From Ascidiella aspersa (lineage: Eukaryota): 64,000 nucleotides of DNA. The number at the start of each line of letters is the position of its first letter. The stretch's first letter is position 1. The notes beneath the pieces were generated by a model that saw only the letters and a program-made list of their open reading frames with translations, did not search any database and was not told the origin of the DNA. Positions 12,601 to 23,584 of the stretch are shown here, one piece after another. A program made the translations under genes and the position numbers. Where the stretch lies: assembly GCA_963924565.1 (NCBI GenBank), contig OZ004611.1, positions 20,584,001 to 20,648,000 of the forward strand. Direction: 5' to 3'.

Positions 12601-14020
12601 TGTTTTTGTAGAACATCATTCACTTTCAAAATTTCTTTAGTGATTGAATACTTATGTATTCAAGTCCTAATTGGATCTGATCTTTTACTTTGGACATGGC
12701 TGAATAGTATATTGCAATATTGCTATAGTCACCCAATTTGAAGGTTCTGGATCTTAAGGTCACTATAATCCCGTTTGGACTCATCTTCAAAATCAATCCA
12801 TTCTTCTTGTTCCTGTGTAAAATTAAGTTACAAAATTTGGTGAACTTAGCAATCAACTAGAGCAAAAATGTAAGATTGGATAGAGAGAGCCACAGTTTAA
12901 AAGTTTTTTAACAAAAGTCTCAAATTTCTTTGAAGGTCTTTTGAAAGGTAGCCTAGCAATCAATTAGAGCAAAAATATATTGAATAAGTCGTAACCAAAG
13001 TAAGATTTTGTTTTAAAAAACAGTCTCAAATTTATTTTAAGGTCTTTCAAAAGGTAGCCAACATATACAAGCACAGAATGTCAAATAATACAATAGATAG
13101 ATGAAATAATTGGGGTCTCCTAAAATATTTTACCTTATCTAAGCCTAAAAATGGCAGCATCATATTTCATGAAAACCAGTTGTTATTTACATATTATGCC
13201 CCTTTAGATAAGTAGTGGAATTTGAACAAACTAAGGGTAATATATTTTGTTTGACAATTCCAAATAATACAGTAAAAAGGTGCCATTTTGATCAGCTGGC
13301 TTTTTTTTTTTTTAAATGTCAAAGCCTAAAATATGTAAAAACTTTCTCCATTACTTTAGTTTTTGGCTCTTCATCTTTTCCTTCCTTTTTAGGCTCATCG
13401 TCATTCTTCTTTGGCTTTATTATTATTTCGCTGACATCTTCACCTGTCACCAATTATTTCCAGTTATGTATATGTAGTACTTCAGCAAGAGATTGATTTG
13501 AAGGACAATTAATGTCTGTAACTTTATTTTGGCGCTGTTCTAGATTCCTACCACATTTTTGTACGGGGCTAACAATATTTGGGTTAGGGGGTATGTTGCT
13601 AACAATATTCAGGTTAGGGTGAGAGCTAGCATTTGGGTTTGGGTGGGTCAGGTATTATTATTATAATAATTCTAACATATTTATACCTTTCTTTGTAATT
13701 TAAACTTTGGCAACTCATTTTGTTACTGTTAAAATAAATGTGGTAGGATTATACACCAGTGCCTTTATTTTGTATGGTTTCTTCATTGTTCAACAGAAAA
13801 AGAAACAATCAACACAATAATCGCCTTGCACTTTATCCGGTTAAAAAATGTCAAATTATAACTAAATGTTATTAATTGGTTGTTTTGACAAAGTAGAAAC
13901 CGGACCTGCATCCACTTTCTTTGTCTTTTTCTTCTTTCCCTTCTTGTCTTTCTTCTTAAAAAAATTGTCAAGCGAGTCGTCATCTTCCACAATGGGTTGA
14001 GCAACTTCTGGTTCCGCCAT
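9482..14020 (-). CDS. CDV3: Protein CDV3 homologue, 247 aa: complement(join(9482..9611,10259..10393,10683..10737,11327..11466,12733..12812,13355..13443,13906..14020))
   Basis: Manual translation gives MAEPEV...SLDNFFKKKDKK, EEWIDFE...DYSDLKIQNLQI, GPWNK, GAYRPPQAR, DFPSLE, FEMVK, LGNQFSALN*. These are the conserved CDV3 blocks in order (human SLDNFF, EWKE..DYSGL, GPWNK, YRPPGAR, FPSL, DNQYAVL). Six GT-AG introns are phase-consistent; total 744 nt. Confidence 0.93.
10259..10393 (-). CDS. CDV3: CDV3 coding exon 6 (...APAINNELDFPSLEAA...)
   Basis: Acceptor tgacag, donor GTAAGC. Confidence 0.9.
10683..10737 (-). CDS. CDV3: CDV3 coding exon 5 (APTPEPKRTGAYRPPQAR)
   Basis: Acceptor tcacag, donor GTATTT. 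Confidence 0.9.
11327..11466 (-). CDS. CDV3: CDV3 coding exon 4 (...EEGPWNK...)
   Basis: Acceptor gtttag, donor GTTTGT. Confidence 0.9.
11763..12107. mobile_element. PIF/Harbinger (Tourist-like) MITE in a CDV3 intron
   Basis: About 30-bp perfect TIR AGGCCCGTTTACACTACAGCTGCACTGAGC; 3-bp TSD TTA (11760-62 / 12108-10); three internal copies of GGGCTTGAGTTTAGCAAAGCGT. Confidence 0.88.
12551..12606. repeat. Tandem duplication, 2 x about 28 bp (TTTACCAATCATTTTCTAACA...)
   Basis: Two near-identical adjacent copies read directly. Confidence 0.8.
12733..12812 (-). CDS. CDV3: CDV3 coding exon 3 (EQEEWIDFEDESKRDYSDLKIQNLQI)
   Basis: Acceptor acacag, donor GTGACT; conserved motif. Confidence 0.9.
12847..13059. 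repeat. Degenerate tandem duplication, 2 x about 107 bp
   Basis: Both units begin TAGCAATCAA.TAGAGCAAAAAT and end AGTCTCAAATTT...AAGGTCTTT..AAAGGTAGCC. Confidence 0.7.
13355..13443 (-). CDS. CDV3: CDV3 coding exon 2 (EDVSEIIIKPKK...EEPKTK)
   Basis: Acceptor tgacag, donor GTAATG, phase 1-0. Confidence 0.82.
13531..13763. mobile_element. Foldback MITE with telomere-like GGGTTAGGG core, copy 1 (Merlin-like)
   Basis: TIR GGCGCTGTTCTAGATTCCTACCACATTT / AAATGTGGTAGGATTATACACCAGTGCC; perfect 8-bp TSD TTTATTTT (13523-30 / 13764-71). GGNRM termini with an 8-bp TSD fit Merlin (inference). Confidence 0.8.
13906..14020 (-). CDS. CDV3: CDV3 coding exon 1 (MAEPEVAQPIVEDDDSLDNFFKKKDKK...)
   Basis: ATG at 14020; weak donor GTCCGG, required by phase. 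Confidence 0.88.
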
Positions 14021-14133
14021 ATTTACTTTATTAATGTTAGTCTAGCTTACTCAAATAAAAAAGGAGATAAAGGAAATACTGTAACTATACAAGCTGGTTG
14101 GGTGGGTTATTTCTCATAAGTACCAACTTTTGG

Positions 14134-14298
14134 GGCGCTGGTCTAGAATCCTACCACAATGCACACTATTTGGGTTAGGGTGTGGGTTAGTTTAGGTATA
14201 AGTTAAGCAATATTATTAAATATTAATACTTGACCCTTACACAAACCCAAATATTGTGGGTTGCTTTATTTATCAAGGTAGGATCCTATACCAGCGCC
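14134..14298. mobile_element. Same foldback MITE family, copy 2
   Basis: TIR GGCGCTGGTCTAGAATCCTACC / GGTAGGATCCTATACCAGCGCC; internal TTTGGGTTAGGGTGTGGGTTAG; no clear TSD. Confidence 0.8.
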
Positions 14299-14642
14299 CT
14301 TTTTTATTACACCTTAAACCATTCAGTTTAACGAAAAACTTTGACGTTTTTTTAGTTTAGAAATTGTAAAACCTCTTGGCCAAGTTGTTTTTCCTAAATT
14401 TGTTAATTAAAGGACTGTTTGCTTCGTTTGACATGGATTAAATAAACTACAATTTAGGCAGAAGTTGCGATGACACTAACCCTATTTCAGTTTTAGCTTC
14501 AATCAGCACTGGTCGTTTAACAATTTTTTTTTTCTTTGTTTGACTTAATAAACAACTTGCACAGTTTTGTCTGACAATGCTTCCTTCTATTCTGTCACTA
14601 ATAAACAGCACGTTGAATAATAGAATAGTTAAAAACAACGAA

Positions 14643-14648
14643 TTTATT
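14643..14648 (-). terminator. Poly(A) signal AATAAA of the H1 gene
   Basis: About 115 nt after the stop and followed by a GT/T-rich tract; no histone stem-loop seen. Confidence 0.6.
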
Positions 14649-14763
14649 TTCATACGCATTGAGTAAGCGACCGCTTGAATAGGTGTCAAGTAAAACGCAA
14701 AAACGTAGCAAAACGATGCTAAGACAAACTGTTACACAATGAACAGAATTTACGATATAATTA

Positions 14764-15387
14764 TTATTGCTTAGCCTTCTTTGCAGCTACTTTTTTGGTT
14801 GCGGCTTTCTTTGGGGTCTTCTTGGAAGCGGGTTTCGCACTACTCGTTGGTGTCTTCTTTGGTGCGGACTTTTTGTTAGCAGTTGGCTTTTTCGTCGGCT
14901 TCTTCGCTGCGGCTTTCGTGTCGACCTTTTTTGTGGCGCTTTTGGTGGTCGCCTTCTTCGGTGATTTTGTTGTCGTTTTCTTCTTGGGAACCGTCGTTTT
15001 GACTTTGACCGACTTCTTGGTGGTGTCTTTCTTGGTTGCTTTGGCTTGTTTCTTTTCTTTTGCGTTTTCCGCCTTTTCCTTTTCAGAAGCCTTCTTTTTG
15101 GCGAGCTTTTCTTTCGCTTTGAGCTTGGCTTTTTCCTCGGCAACCATTTCCTTGTTGATTTTGTAGGTGCCGTTGGCGCCGATGCCTTTAACAATGACCA
15201 AATTTTTCGACTCCAAAAGTCGTTTGAGCGATGTTGTTAAGAGTGTGTCATGCCGATTACCAGCCTCGTGGTGGGCCTTAATATAAGAACTTATCATGCG
15301 GCGCGACGAGCCTTGCCTGGCTTTAAGTTCAGTGATGGCAGTCAAAACCATATCCTTGTAGCTCTGCTTTCCTGATTCTTTTGCCAT
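14764..15387 (-). CDS. H1-0: Linker histone H1, H1.0/H5-like, intronless and solitary, 207 aa
   Basis: Winged-helix globular domain (YKDMVLTAI...GSSRRMISSYIK...SLKRLL...KGIGANGTYKI) closest to the H1.0/H5 pattern; K/A/T/P-rich tail with SPKK and TPKK. The exact subtype is uncertain. Confidence 0.93.
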   Translation of the reverse strand: MAKESGKQSYKDMVLTAITELKARQGSSRRMISSYIKAHHEAGNRHDTLLTTSLKRLLESKNLVIVKGIGANGTYKINKEMVAEEKAKLKAKEKLAKKKASEKEKAENAKEKKQAKATKKDTTKKSVKVKTTVPKKKTTTKSPKKATTKSATKKVDTKAAAKKPTKKPTANKKSAPKKTPTSSAKPASKKTPKKAATKKVAAKKAKQ

Positions 15388-15453
15388 TTTGCTATGTAAG
15401 CTGTTTACAGTGCGTAAGAAAGAACTACTAGTGGCCTTGATAAGCTTGCAAAT

Positions 15454-15493
15454 AAAATGATGGTTAATCGAGGCGCCGCCAATCTCTTATAAA
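15454..15493 (-). promoter_or_regulatory. H1 core promoter: TATA-like TTTATAAGAG plus initiator TCATTTT
   Basis: TATA-like element at 15493-15484; Inr A at about 15458, about 33 nt downstream and about 70 nt before the ATG. Confidence 0.55.
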
Positions 15494-18400
15494 GCCATAG
15501 GTGCAATAATCGGCTTTTTTCGAAAAGCCTGTTCAAACAAATAAAAGCACCAGCGGCTGCAACCCTTCGCTGCGCCGGCTCCAGTTAACTGCCACCTTCT
15601 TTTGACTGAGTCACTCGGGCTCCAGCACCCCGCTGTTTAACTCGGATAACGGATCTATCGGAAATCTTTTAAACGCGAAACCTTTAGCAACAAGTCTTTG
15701 TCTGTAATATGAACAAAGCAAAAGAAATGGCACAAGGTCATGTCGATAGTGTAATATGGAATGTCTTACAAATAATACCGAAAAGCATGTTTTGATTTAC
15801 TTAAAAGACTCACTTAATTTAATATTGCAGGCTATTTTTTTTTAAATACATTTCTGCGATGTATTTTTATAGCTATTTTATAACCATTGAAAGTTACCAA
15901 GAACCTATACGTCTAGTAAAGTCTTTTACCCTTGGACTAGGGGCGGATATAGCATTTTTTAAAAGGGGTGGAGAAATGAAAATTGTTATACAGTATAAAA
16001 TTACTACATAACGTAATACAATGATACATCCCCTCCAAAAAATACTTTCAGTAATATGCAACTAAAGTGTTATCCGAATATATTGAAAAATATCGCGGCA
16101 ATGCGCTAGCACAAAGCGTAAAATTTGACTACGTTGAATTGTAATTGACAAACAGTATAGTTTAGAAAGAGAGGTGACACACGCGACGCCTTGCACATTA
16201 TTTGCAGTTTACTCAATATAATATAATTTATCTAGATAATATAAGTAAATAAGTTTAAAGGCCTTTGACCTCACAGCTGGTGTACAGAAACCACGTCTAA
16301 ATCTCACGCGAAGCCTAAAAAAGAAAGCGCGGTTATCCTGCAAGTTGGATAGACGTTACGTACTTTACAGTGTATGGGTACGTTTTTACTTCTTGTAGGT
16401 TAGATAGGTGAAAAGTATAGTTTGGCTTGGCCTCGTTCCATAACTGCCACATTTGTTATCCGTCGAAACAACAATTGTATTCTCAATAAAACGGTTTCTG
16501 TAAGGTGGCAGTAAAGAGCAACATTTTACATATCGGAAGGTGAGAAAATTAGTGAATAGAAAAATCCCTGTTTGACCCATGGATTTCGTTATAGTTGACC
16601 TACATTTCAGAGTTTATTGAAAGTCGTACGTTGTTATTAACCTGACAACGGTGAAGTAACAAATTTTGGTTTGTTTACTTTGGAGAATCGATCTAAAAGT
16701 ATGCATAAAAATTGTATAACAAAAAACACTGCAAGTATTGTAATCCAATATATAAAAACAATTTACCATATAGAACATTTTTGGTATAGTTATGCTTTCC
16801 TTGTTGATGTTGTTTCTATGCTCGACATATAGTTCCAAGTTCTCGTAAAGCAAAACGCCCTACGATGGTTTTGCGTTAAATATACCAGTGTTAAAGGTAT
16901 ATAACCCGTGTTGAACACGTACAACTTGTGTAAAACAGCCGGGCGTTGTACTAGGTATCCGACTGCGGGTCAATAGCTGCAAGACAAATAGGCCGAATCA
17001 CACTCAGACAACAAAAGACTTGTGTTTGCAGCAGGGTAATCCATTTATCTTGCAAAGGGAATAAGTGATGCGATCAGCGCGTTTTTGGCACAGGCTCGGA
17101 CAGGAAATGGTAATTTGGCGTGGTTTGCTGCGCCCGAAAAGGGCTGAAACTTTGCAAACACTGCGGACCGCATACGAGCGATATAACGATAAAAACGCAC
17201 ACGCTCTCTGCTGTGTGAGATAATCCAGATGTAAGCCCTCCGGTATTAAGTGTAGTGTTGTAAACACGCTTAGATCGGAAATGATCCCACGAAAAAAGTG
17301 AGCTCACTGATTGCCAATGCGTCTTTGAGTGCAAACGCCAATAATAAAACAAAGTTATTTTTAAGTGGTTTGGTTTATTCCGCGTTCACTAATTACATTT
17401 ATGCTTAGGCAGTGATGATTAAGTGTCGCATATTTAAGGATAAAAGATGTTTTCGTTTCACTAAAAAACTTTGCCAATTACTGTAACCAATCTATAAGCA
17501 GCAAAACAATAAGAGATTTATGAAACCCCTATTTTACAAATGCACAGCTTCATCTGACGAGACCAGGTTAGTTGCTATAAAGTCTCTCAAATTTGCCTGC
17601 AATACATTAAAAAATTAAAACGAATGCAGCTGTTTAATGGTAAAGTCAATAAGGGCACAACCAGCCTTTTTGTTTTTACTCATTATTTTTTCTTTCTAAA
17701 TAAAATAAATATTGCTTTAGCGACACACAGTGTTACTACGATTTATGTTTGGATGAACCGGAAACACGCCTTAAACGGTCCGTCGTAACCTACACCAAAC
17801 ATTCCTATTTGCTCATTTTATGGCGCATACGCACGCGAGCTCGTAACTTGCAAAATACATTGCTTAAAAAGCCTAAACGTTCGAACCGCCCATCTGGCAA
17901 TGCCGCTGAAATCATTCGCGTTATTGTCGCACCTTGCACACCCGTCCAGCGTTTATCGCTGTGCAATCGCTAACGCTCGACGGGCGGCGATGAATCACAC
18001 TTTCATGGTAAACTCGTCTCTTAGCGTGCCTCGGTTGCCGGGCGTTGCAAATAGGCGGACCGCGTTGTGCTGTTGACTCAAGGTAAGTAAAACTGAGCCT
18101 ACTTCGGAAGTGCTTGTTGCAATGATTGATGTGCGGCTTCGCAGGTCGGCGTCTTTCCTTGTGTGAAATGCTGCCGCCTGATGTGACCTGGGGATTGGAA
18201 GCGATTGCTGCGCTGGAGATTTACGGTGGATGCTGTGCATACATTGTGTGTTTGTGTTGTGTGTTTTTGCTGCTGCTGATGCGTTCTCGCGTCGCTTGGT
18301 ATACGTGGCACCTGTTTATAAGGTCTATAGGCCTTAACTAGCCCAAGGACCAGTTAAAAGTTTCTGAAGAAATTGTCGAAAACATTTTTTGTCGATACGT

Positions 18401-19758
18401 TTGAATAAATTATAAGATATTTGCAGTCTAAACAGTTCCGCGTATGTAATAGTTAAAAAACGAGGTCCTATTTAACTGTCATTTAAGATTAATGATGATG
18501 CAAGTACGTATCGAAACGTCTTTATCAAAATGATGTCGATTTACTCCAATCTTTTGTCTTATTCAATAATAAATGTCTATTTGTCACAGAAGTTCGAGAA
18601 ATTAGCCTCATGTTGTAATGTTTCTATTTCTATTATTTATATCAGTTTGAGCAATTTTGTAAAAATCGCCCAGGCCAACATAATTTAAATTAATTTAAAA
18701 CAACGATATATTAAAAATGTTAAATCGCAGTGTTTTTTAACATGACAATTCAATCATAATTGTTCAATACATAATTGTGTTTTCATACTTTCTCCTTAAA
18801 TCTCATGAAAAAATTTGTTAACGCTACTCACATACCGAGCAAAGGATTTACGTGCAAATTACATTTGGATCATAATGTAGACCCATTATTGCATCCATAT
18901 GAATTTGACCAAGGAAATAAATGCGCCAATTAATTACAAAAACTGCCGTTTGGATTCCGTTTCATTACATAACAGGCAAATTGGCTCGAGTTCGACAACA
19001 ACAAAAACCTGTAAACCGCCTTTAAATCGGAAATCTTTTCGCATTTAGGAGAAATGCGGAAGTGCTATGTCGGCGATGTTCGCAAAGGGTCAAAAATGCG
19101 ACCTTCGTCTGCAATAACACATTGGAATTGCGTAATAGCACGCATTGCCACACAAATAGAGGCCGTGTCTGGCCCTGTACTTTTTCTCGTATGTTTATGC
19201 GCTGTCCCCACTTTTTTGTCAGTTTGTCTATGGCTGTAACGAAAGTACTATACCTACTAAATATTAAAGCACTATTAGCCTAAGTTGATAGATTTTTACT
19301 GTTGTGAGCACTTGATTTCCTTGGACGTGTCATATTACCCCAAAGCTTTCAACCGTTGCTCTAGGCAAGCTGTTTTTCAAAATAAAGGTAACTATATACC
19401 ATGTTAAAAATGAATAAAGAGTTAATCAAAACGTTTAAAATGAAACCTATTTCTGTATGGACTTTTATATTCTTTTTACGTCTTGCTACAACCTATAACC
19501 ATTATGCCCCAAAGGGTAAATATAATGTACGATTCAAATCTGCCGAAAATTTAACTGTTAAATTCCTTCCATTTTAGTTCGTTCAATCTCAACATAGACT
19601 GGATCCAAGGCAGGAAAAGCCATATTTTGGACTACAGCTTTGTTATGGAAACACAACATATTTTCTCGCTTTGCGAGATCATCTATACATTTAACTATGT
19701 TTGTGTCCGTTTCGAGGAAACTTTTTGTTCTATGACAACGAGTTGAGAGGGACTAAAC

Positions 19759-20184
19759 CAGTGGTCGTCAAACTTTTTTCGTCGCGGCCCAAAGCATTCT
19801 TTTCAGAGCTATTGGAGGCCCACTACGAAAACAGTGTCGGATTCAGGATATTAATATTACACGGCGCCTTGATGCCCAAAACATTGCCATGCCATAATGT
19901 AAACCATTTTATAAAACCAAAATATACGCGCGAAGTGCGAAAAATGTTTCGTTTACATATAATTAAAGTTGGCAAAAAATATAGTTCGACAGGCTCTCAA
20001 GACTATGGCACATGGGTTTGAACCATGCTGAGACAAAATATCTTAGCCACACAAACTTATAAAATAAAGTGCACTAAATGTACGGCTATCACGCGGCCCA
20101 CAACTACATCATAATACTAAGCTATTCAAAAGTAACTCGCGGCCACTAAAAATGGCTCTGCGGCCCACAGTTTACCGACCACTG
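19759..20184. mobile_element. hAT-type MITE
   Basis: TIR CAGTGGTCGTCAAACT / AGTTTACCGACCACTG; perfect 8-bp TSD GACTAAAC; subterminal GCGGCCCA motifs. Confidence 0.88.
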
Positions 20185-21485
20185 GACTAAACGGCTATAC
20201 GCTCAAAAAAAATTTAACCAGTTCTTGATTGGTACCAAAACCAATAACGTTAGTGTATAAAGTAATATGGTTAAAGTAGTTGCAAAAATAAGACCAAATT
20301 CTTCTTTCTTATTTGCAATGATAACTTAACCCAAGAATTGTTGCACTAAGTATATGTGTCGGGGTACCGGTTAGCATTAAGTGCCTAGAAATATGAATAG
20401 AACATGTTGTTAATGTCGTGAAAACGAGTCGTCCGACCTAATCCAGTTGTTTTCGAGAAGTTGTGGAGAAACGGGCGTTTTAGTTATTTCGGGTAGTTAT
20501 ATTTTTGACGCATAATCTGATACTACATCTACAGGTCGGTGAGCTGCAATGGTTCAGAAATGTTGCTGCGCAAAAAATATACTATAACATGTCTGTCGTT
20601 TAATGTCACGATCATGCAAAGAAGATTGTTTTAACAAAATAGCAAAGAGGTCTATTTTATTCACTTAGACATAGAGTAATGATTGCCGAACTTTTCAGTT
20701 TGTAATAGCCACGAGGAAAAACAAATTGCCGTACATGTTTTAAAAAACAAAATCAAGCACCCTTCATACGGCATCCTATATGGCAAGGCAATGCTGCATA
20801 TTTTTGGCTGTTTTAACAATACTTAAATGCAATTTTATTTTTTTTATTTTTATTTTAGTTCACGTTGAAGTATTCTTGTATGCAAAGGTAATTTTTGTAC
20901 CCCAAAGGTGTCTTGAGCATAGCAACTTTAAATGGAAAATACGTGTAACATGTAAATTGTAAAAATAGAAAAAATTTTACCAACTTAATGTATGTAATTT
21001 GTACGCGGATGTATTCCGTAATTTATAATAAACATAGACCAACGACGTTTAAGCAACATGTGCATCTTTTTGTATGTCCTATATGCGTAACGTCCCCTTA
21101 GAAATTAAAAATTATGCTGGTTTAACCTAAACAAACGAATTTTTTTCGCGTTTTGCGCGTTAAATGACTATTGCATCCTTAATAATTTTGAAGTGCATAA
21201 AATCCTCGGTCCGCACCGGATAGGAGTTAATATAATAAATGCTTTAAAGTCACACGTTGATACAAAAAAGCTGCTAGTGGAAATATGCTATTTTCCACCA
21301 AGAATTCATTTTAAACCGTAAAATGCTTAGTCGCTCGGCTGTGATCTGATAATATCGTACATACTCAATGACGGACTAAAATTCTTATACTTAACGCCTG
21401 CCTACCTTCCTATTTGAATACGGGTGCTTATCGTTTATCGTTTGTACTTAAGGTGCGTATGTGCGTCACTTGGGGTGTATTAATG

Positions 21486-21730
21486 CAGTGTTTCTTAATC
21501 AGGTGAATGGTTCACCCCAGAGTGAATAACATTTTTGCAGGGTTGAATAAGGGTGAACCGTAAGAAATAGATGATAGCTTGCGAGCAGGGCAGATATTCC
21601 GGCTGTTCAACCTGTTCAGTGTATAGGTGAGAATTTCAAAAAATAAAATCCAAGTTTTTTTAAAAGGGTGAATGAAATCTAAAGATAGATGCTCGGGGTG
21701 AAGAAAACTAAATAAGTTTAATAAGCACTG
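21486..21730. mobile_element. Degenerate hAT-type MITE
   Basis: CAGTGTTTCTTAA ... TTAATAAGCACTG termini; internal GGGTGAA repeats; flanks TATTAATG/TTTTAAGG (6/8). Confidence 0.65.
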
Positions 21731-21802
21731 TTTTAAGGTATAGCTCTTAGCTGATTTCAGTTCAGTTAACCCAAGCATATCTTCCAGAGTAACATTAAAC
21801 CG

Positions 21803-23131
21803 CAGGGTTGTAGAGTCAAAAACGAACTTGGGACTCGGTAAAGTTGGTAAACTTGTCCGGTTAGGACTCGACTTTATTTCCTCGGCAGGAGTCGGACTCG
21901 GAGTACGTGAAAACGACTCCGCGGCTCACCGTTGAACACATATACCATTTGACATGTGGTATACGTGTATTTGTTTGGATGAAGCTTGACTCGCAGCGCA
22001 GGGAGCTTTTTATCTCAACCTTTGGTGTTGCAGCACTCCACCTAATTTCGGGCATTGTTCAAATAAATTCGGGAAGTAGCAAGTGACCTCTCGCCGTTCG
22101 CCGAACCCTTGGACGAATAAAAAAAGCCGAGTCGCAAAAACGTGGCCATGGTGGAATCCAGTTGACAGCACCGTAATTGAACGCCTATATACGCATAAGT
22201 GTCGCTTTGCACGGAACTGCTGGTCTAAAGCGTCGCAAAACGCCCTAGCAAAGTCGACATGCCAAAGCCGCGTTCCGCGAAGCGCTGTTGTCGTTTGTGA
22301 CGTCGAAACTCGATTTTGACGTCACGAATCGGCTCGGCACGCGAGCGGAAACAAACAGGCGCGAAGTGGGGAGCGATTACTGAATGGCCACTGCAGCGCG
22401 AAGCGTGCCAGCGAAGTGTTAAGTCGTCGCTCTGCCTTGTTGTTTCAGCGCTATTTTTGGACGAGAATTAGAGTTGGCTGGGCGCTACGCACGCAACGCA
22501 AGGCCAAGTCCACGTTGCTTAACTGTCGTAATTGAATTTTTCACGAACGTGGTGAGAAGGCTTAAGAAAAGCACGACGCTCGACTCGTTGATTCAAGTGT
22601 ATAAAATCCAAGTGTTGTGATTAAAAGTTCACTTGAAGTAACTGTTCAAATCACTTGATTCCTATTTCAATAGACCTTTGAGGCAAAATGGCTTGACAGA
22701 TTTAGTAATTCAGGCAAATGACTTGATTTATCATCCAATTGTTAACAAAGTGCTTCATTTCAAAAAAAATTTGTACACCGTAAGCATGTTTAGCTTATAG
22801 ACTTGCTTTGTGAAATATAGCTCGGGTTTAACTGGATTTAGTAATGTGAACACCATGCATTTTTATATAATTGATTGATTTAGATCGGACTTACCGATCA
22901 CTTGGCCTAGAACGTGACTTCAGTTTTCGCACTTTACTCAATACAGGACAGCTGAACAATTCCAGCCTATTAACATAGTCTGATGCCAAATCTGCGTCCG
23001 GCAACTGACTTTGCCAAATCCGTGTACGACTCCGTAGCCCGGTATCCCACCTATCCCCGAGTAGTGCCACCCCTCACTATAGTTTTACTCGAGCACTGAG
23101 TCCCAAGTCCGGCCCTACCTTTGCAGTCCTG
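21803..23131. mobile_element. Possible old non-autonomous DNA element
   Basis: CAGGGTTGTA...TGCAGTCCTG imperfect termini plus subterminal ACTTGGGACTC / GAGTCCCAAGT inverted match; no clean TSD. Confidence 0.4.
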
Positions 23132-23552
23132 GTTTAAAACAACTTGACGTGGACTTTATTTGAATTGCTCAATTATAAGTTTATTGTGTACCACACTGCG
23201 AATGCGTGCAAAGAGCTGCCACAAAACAAAATGAATGGTGTATCTGTTTATAATCTTGTTGGGTATTTTTTTGTTTGGCCTATATTGTAGTCACTCATAG
23301 AACCAGTTTATTAAATACGCGTGTACATATCGCCAAATCCCAACTATGAAGGCTTAGTTTTAGTGTAATTCTTGTAGTAACTCGGCTATTTGAAATGACG
23401 TCATCGCAGACCTGAGACTTTTAAATTTTGCACCATACTCAAAAAATGCGTTGCTGGGGCAACTTTGTGTCTAATCAAAACACCGATCGCTTACAAGGGA
23501 TTTCTTGTAGCCATGGACGACGTATTGCTGGTAGAAGAAATGATTTCTGTTT

Positions 23553-23584
23553 GTTACTGTTGTTGTTGTTGTTGTTGTTGTTGT
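23553..23584. repeat. (GTT)n microsatellite
   Basis: About 9 GTT units read directly. Confidence 0.9.

Noticed and set aside
14640-14763. Histone 3' stem-loop after H1
   Set aside because: No GGYYYTTYHHARRRCC-type hairpin found; AATAAA is present instead.
14767-15240. Hydrophobic plus-strand ORFs (123, 65 and 64 aa)
   Set aside because: Antisense shadows of the Lys/Ala-rich H1 codons.
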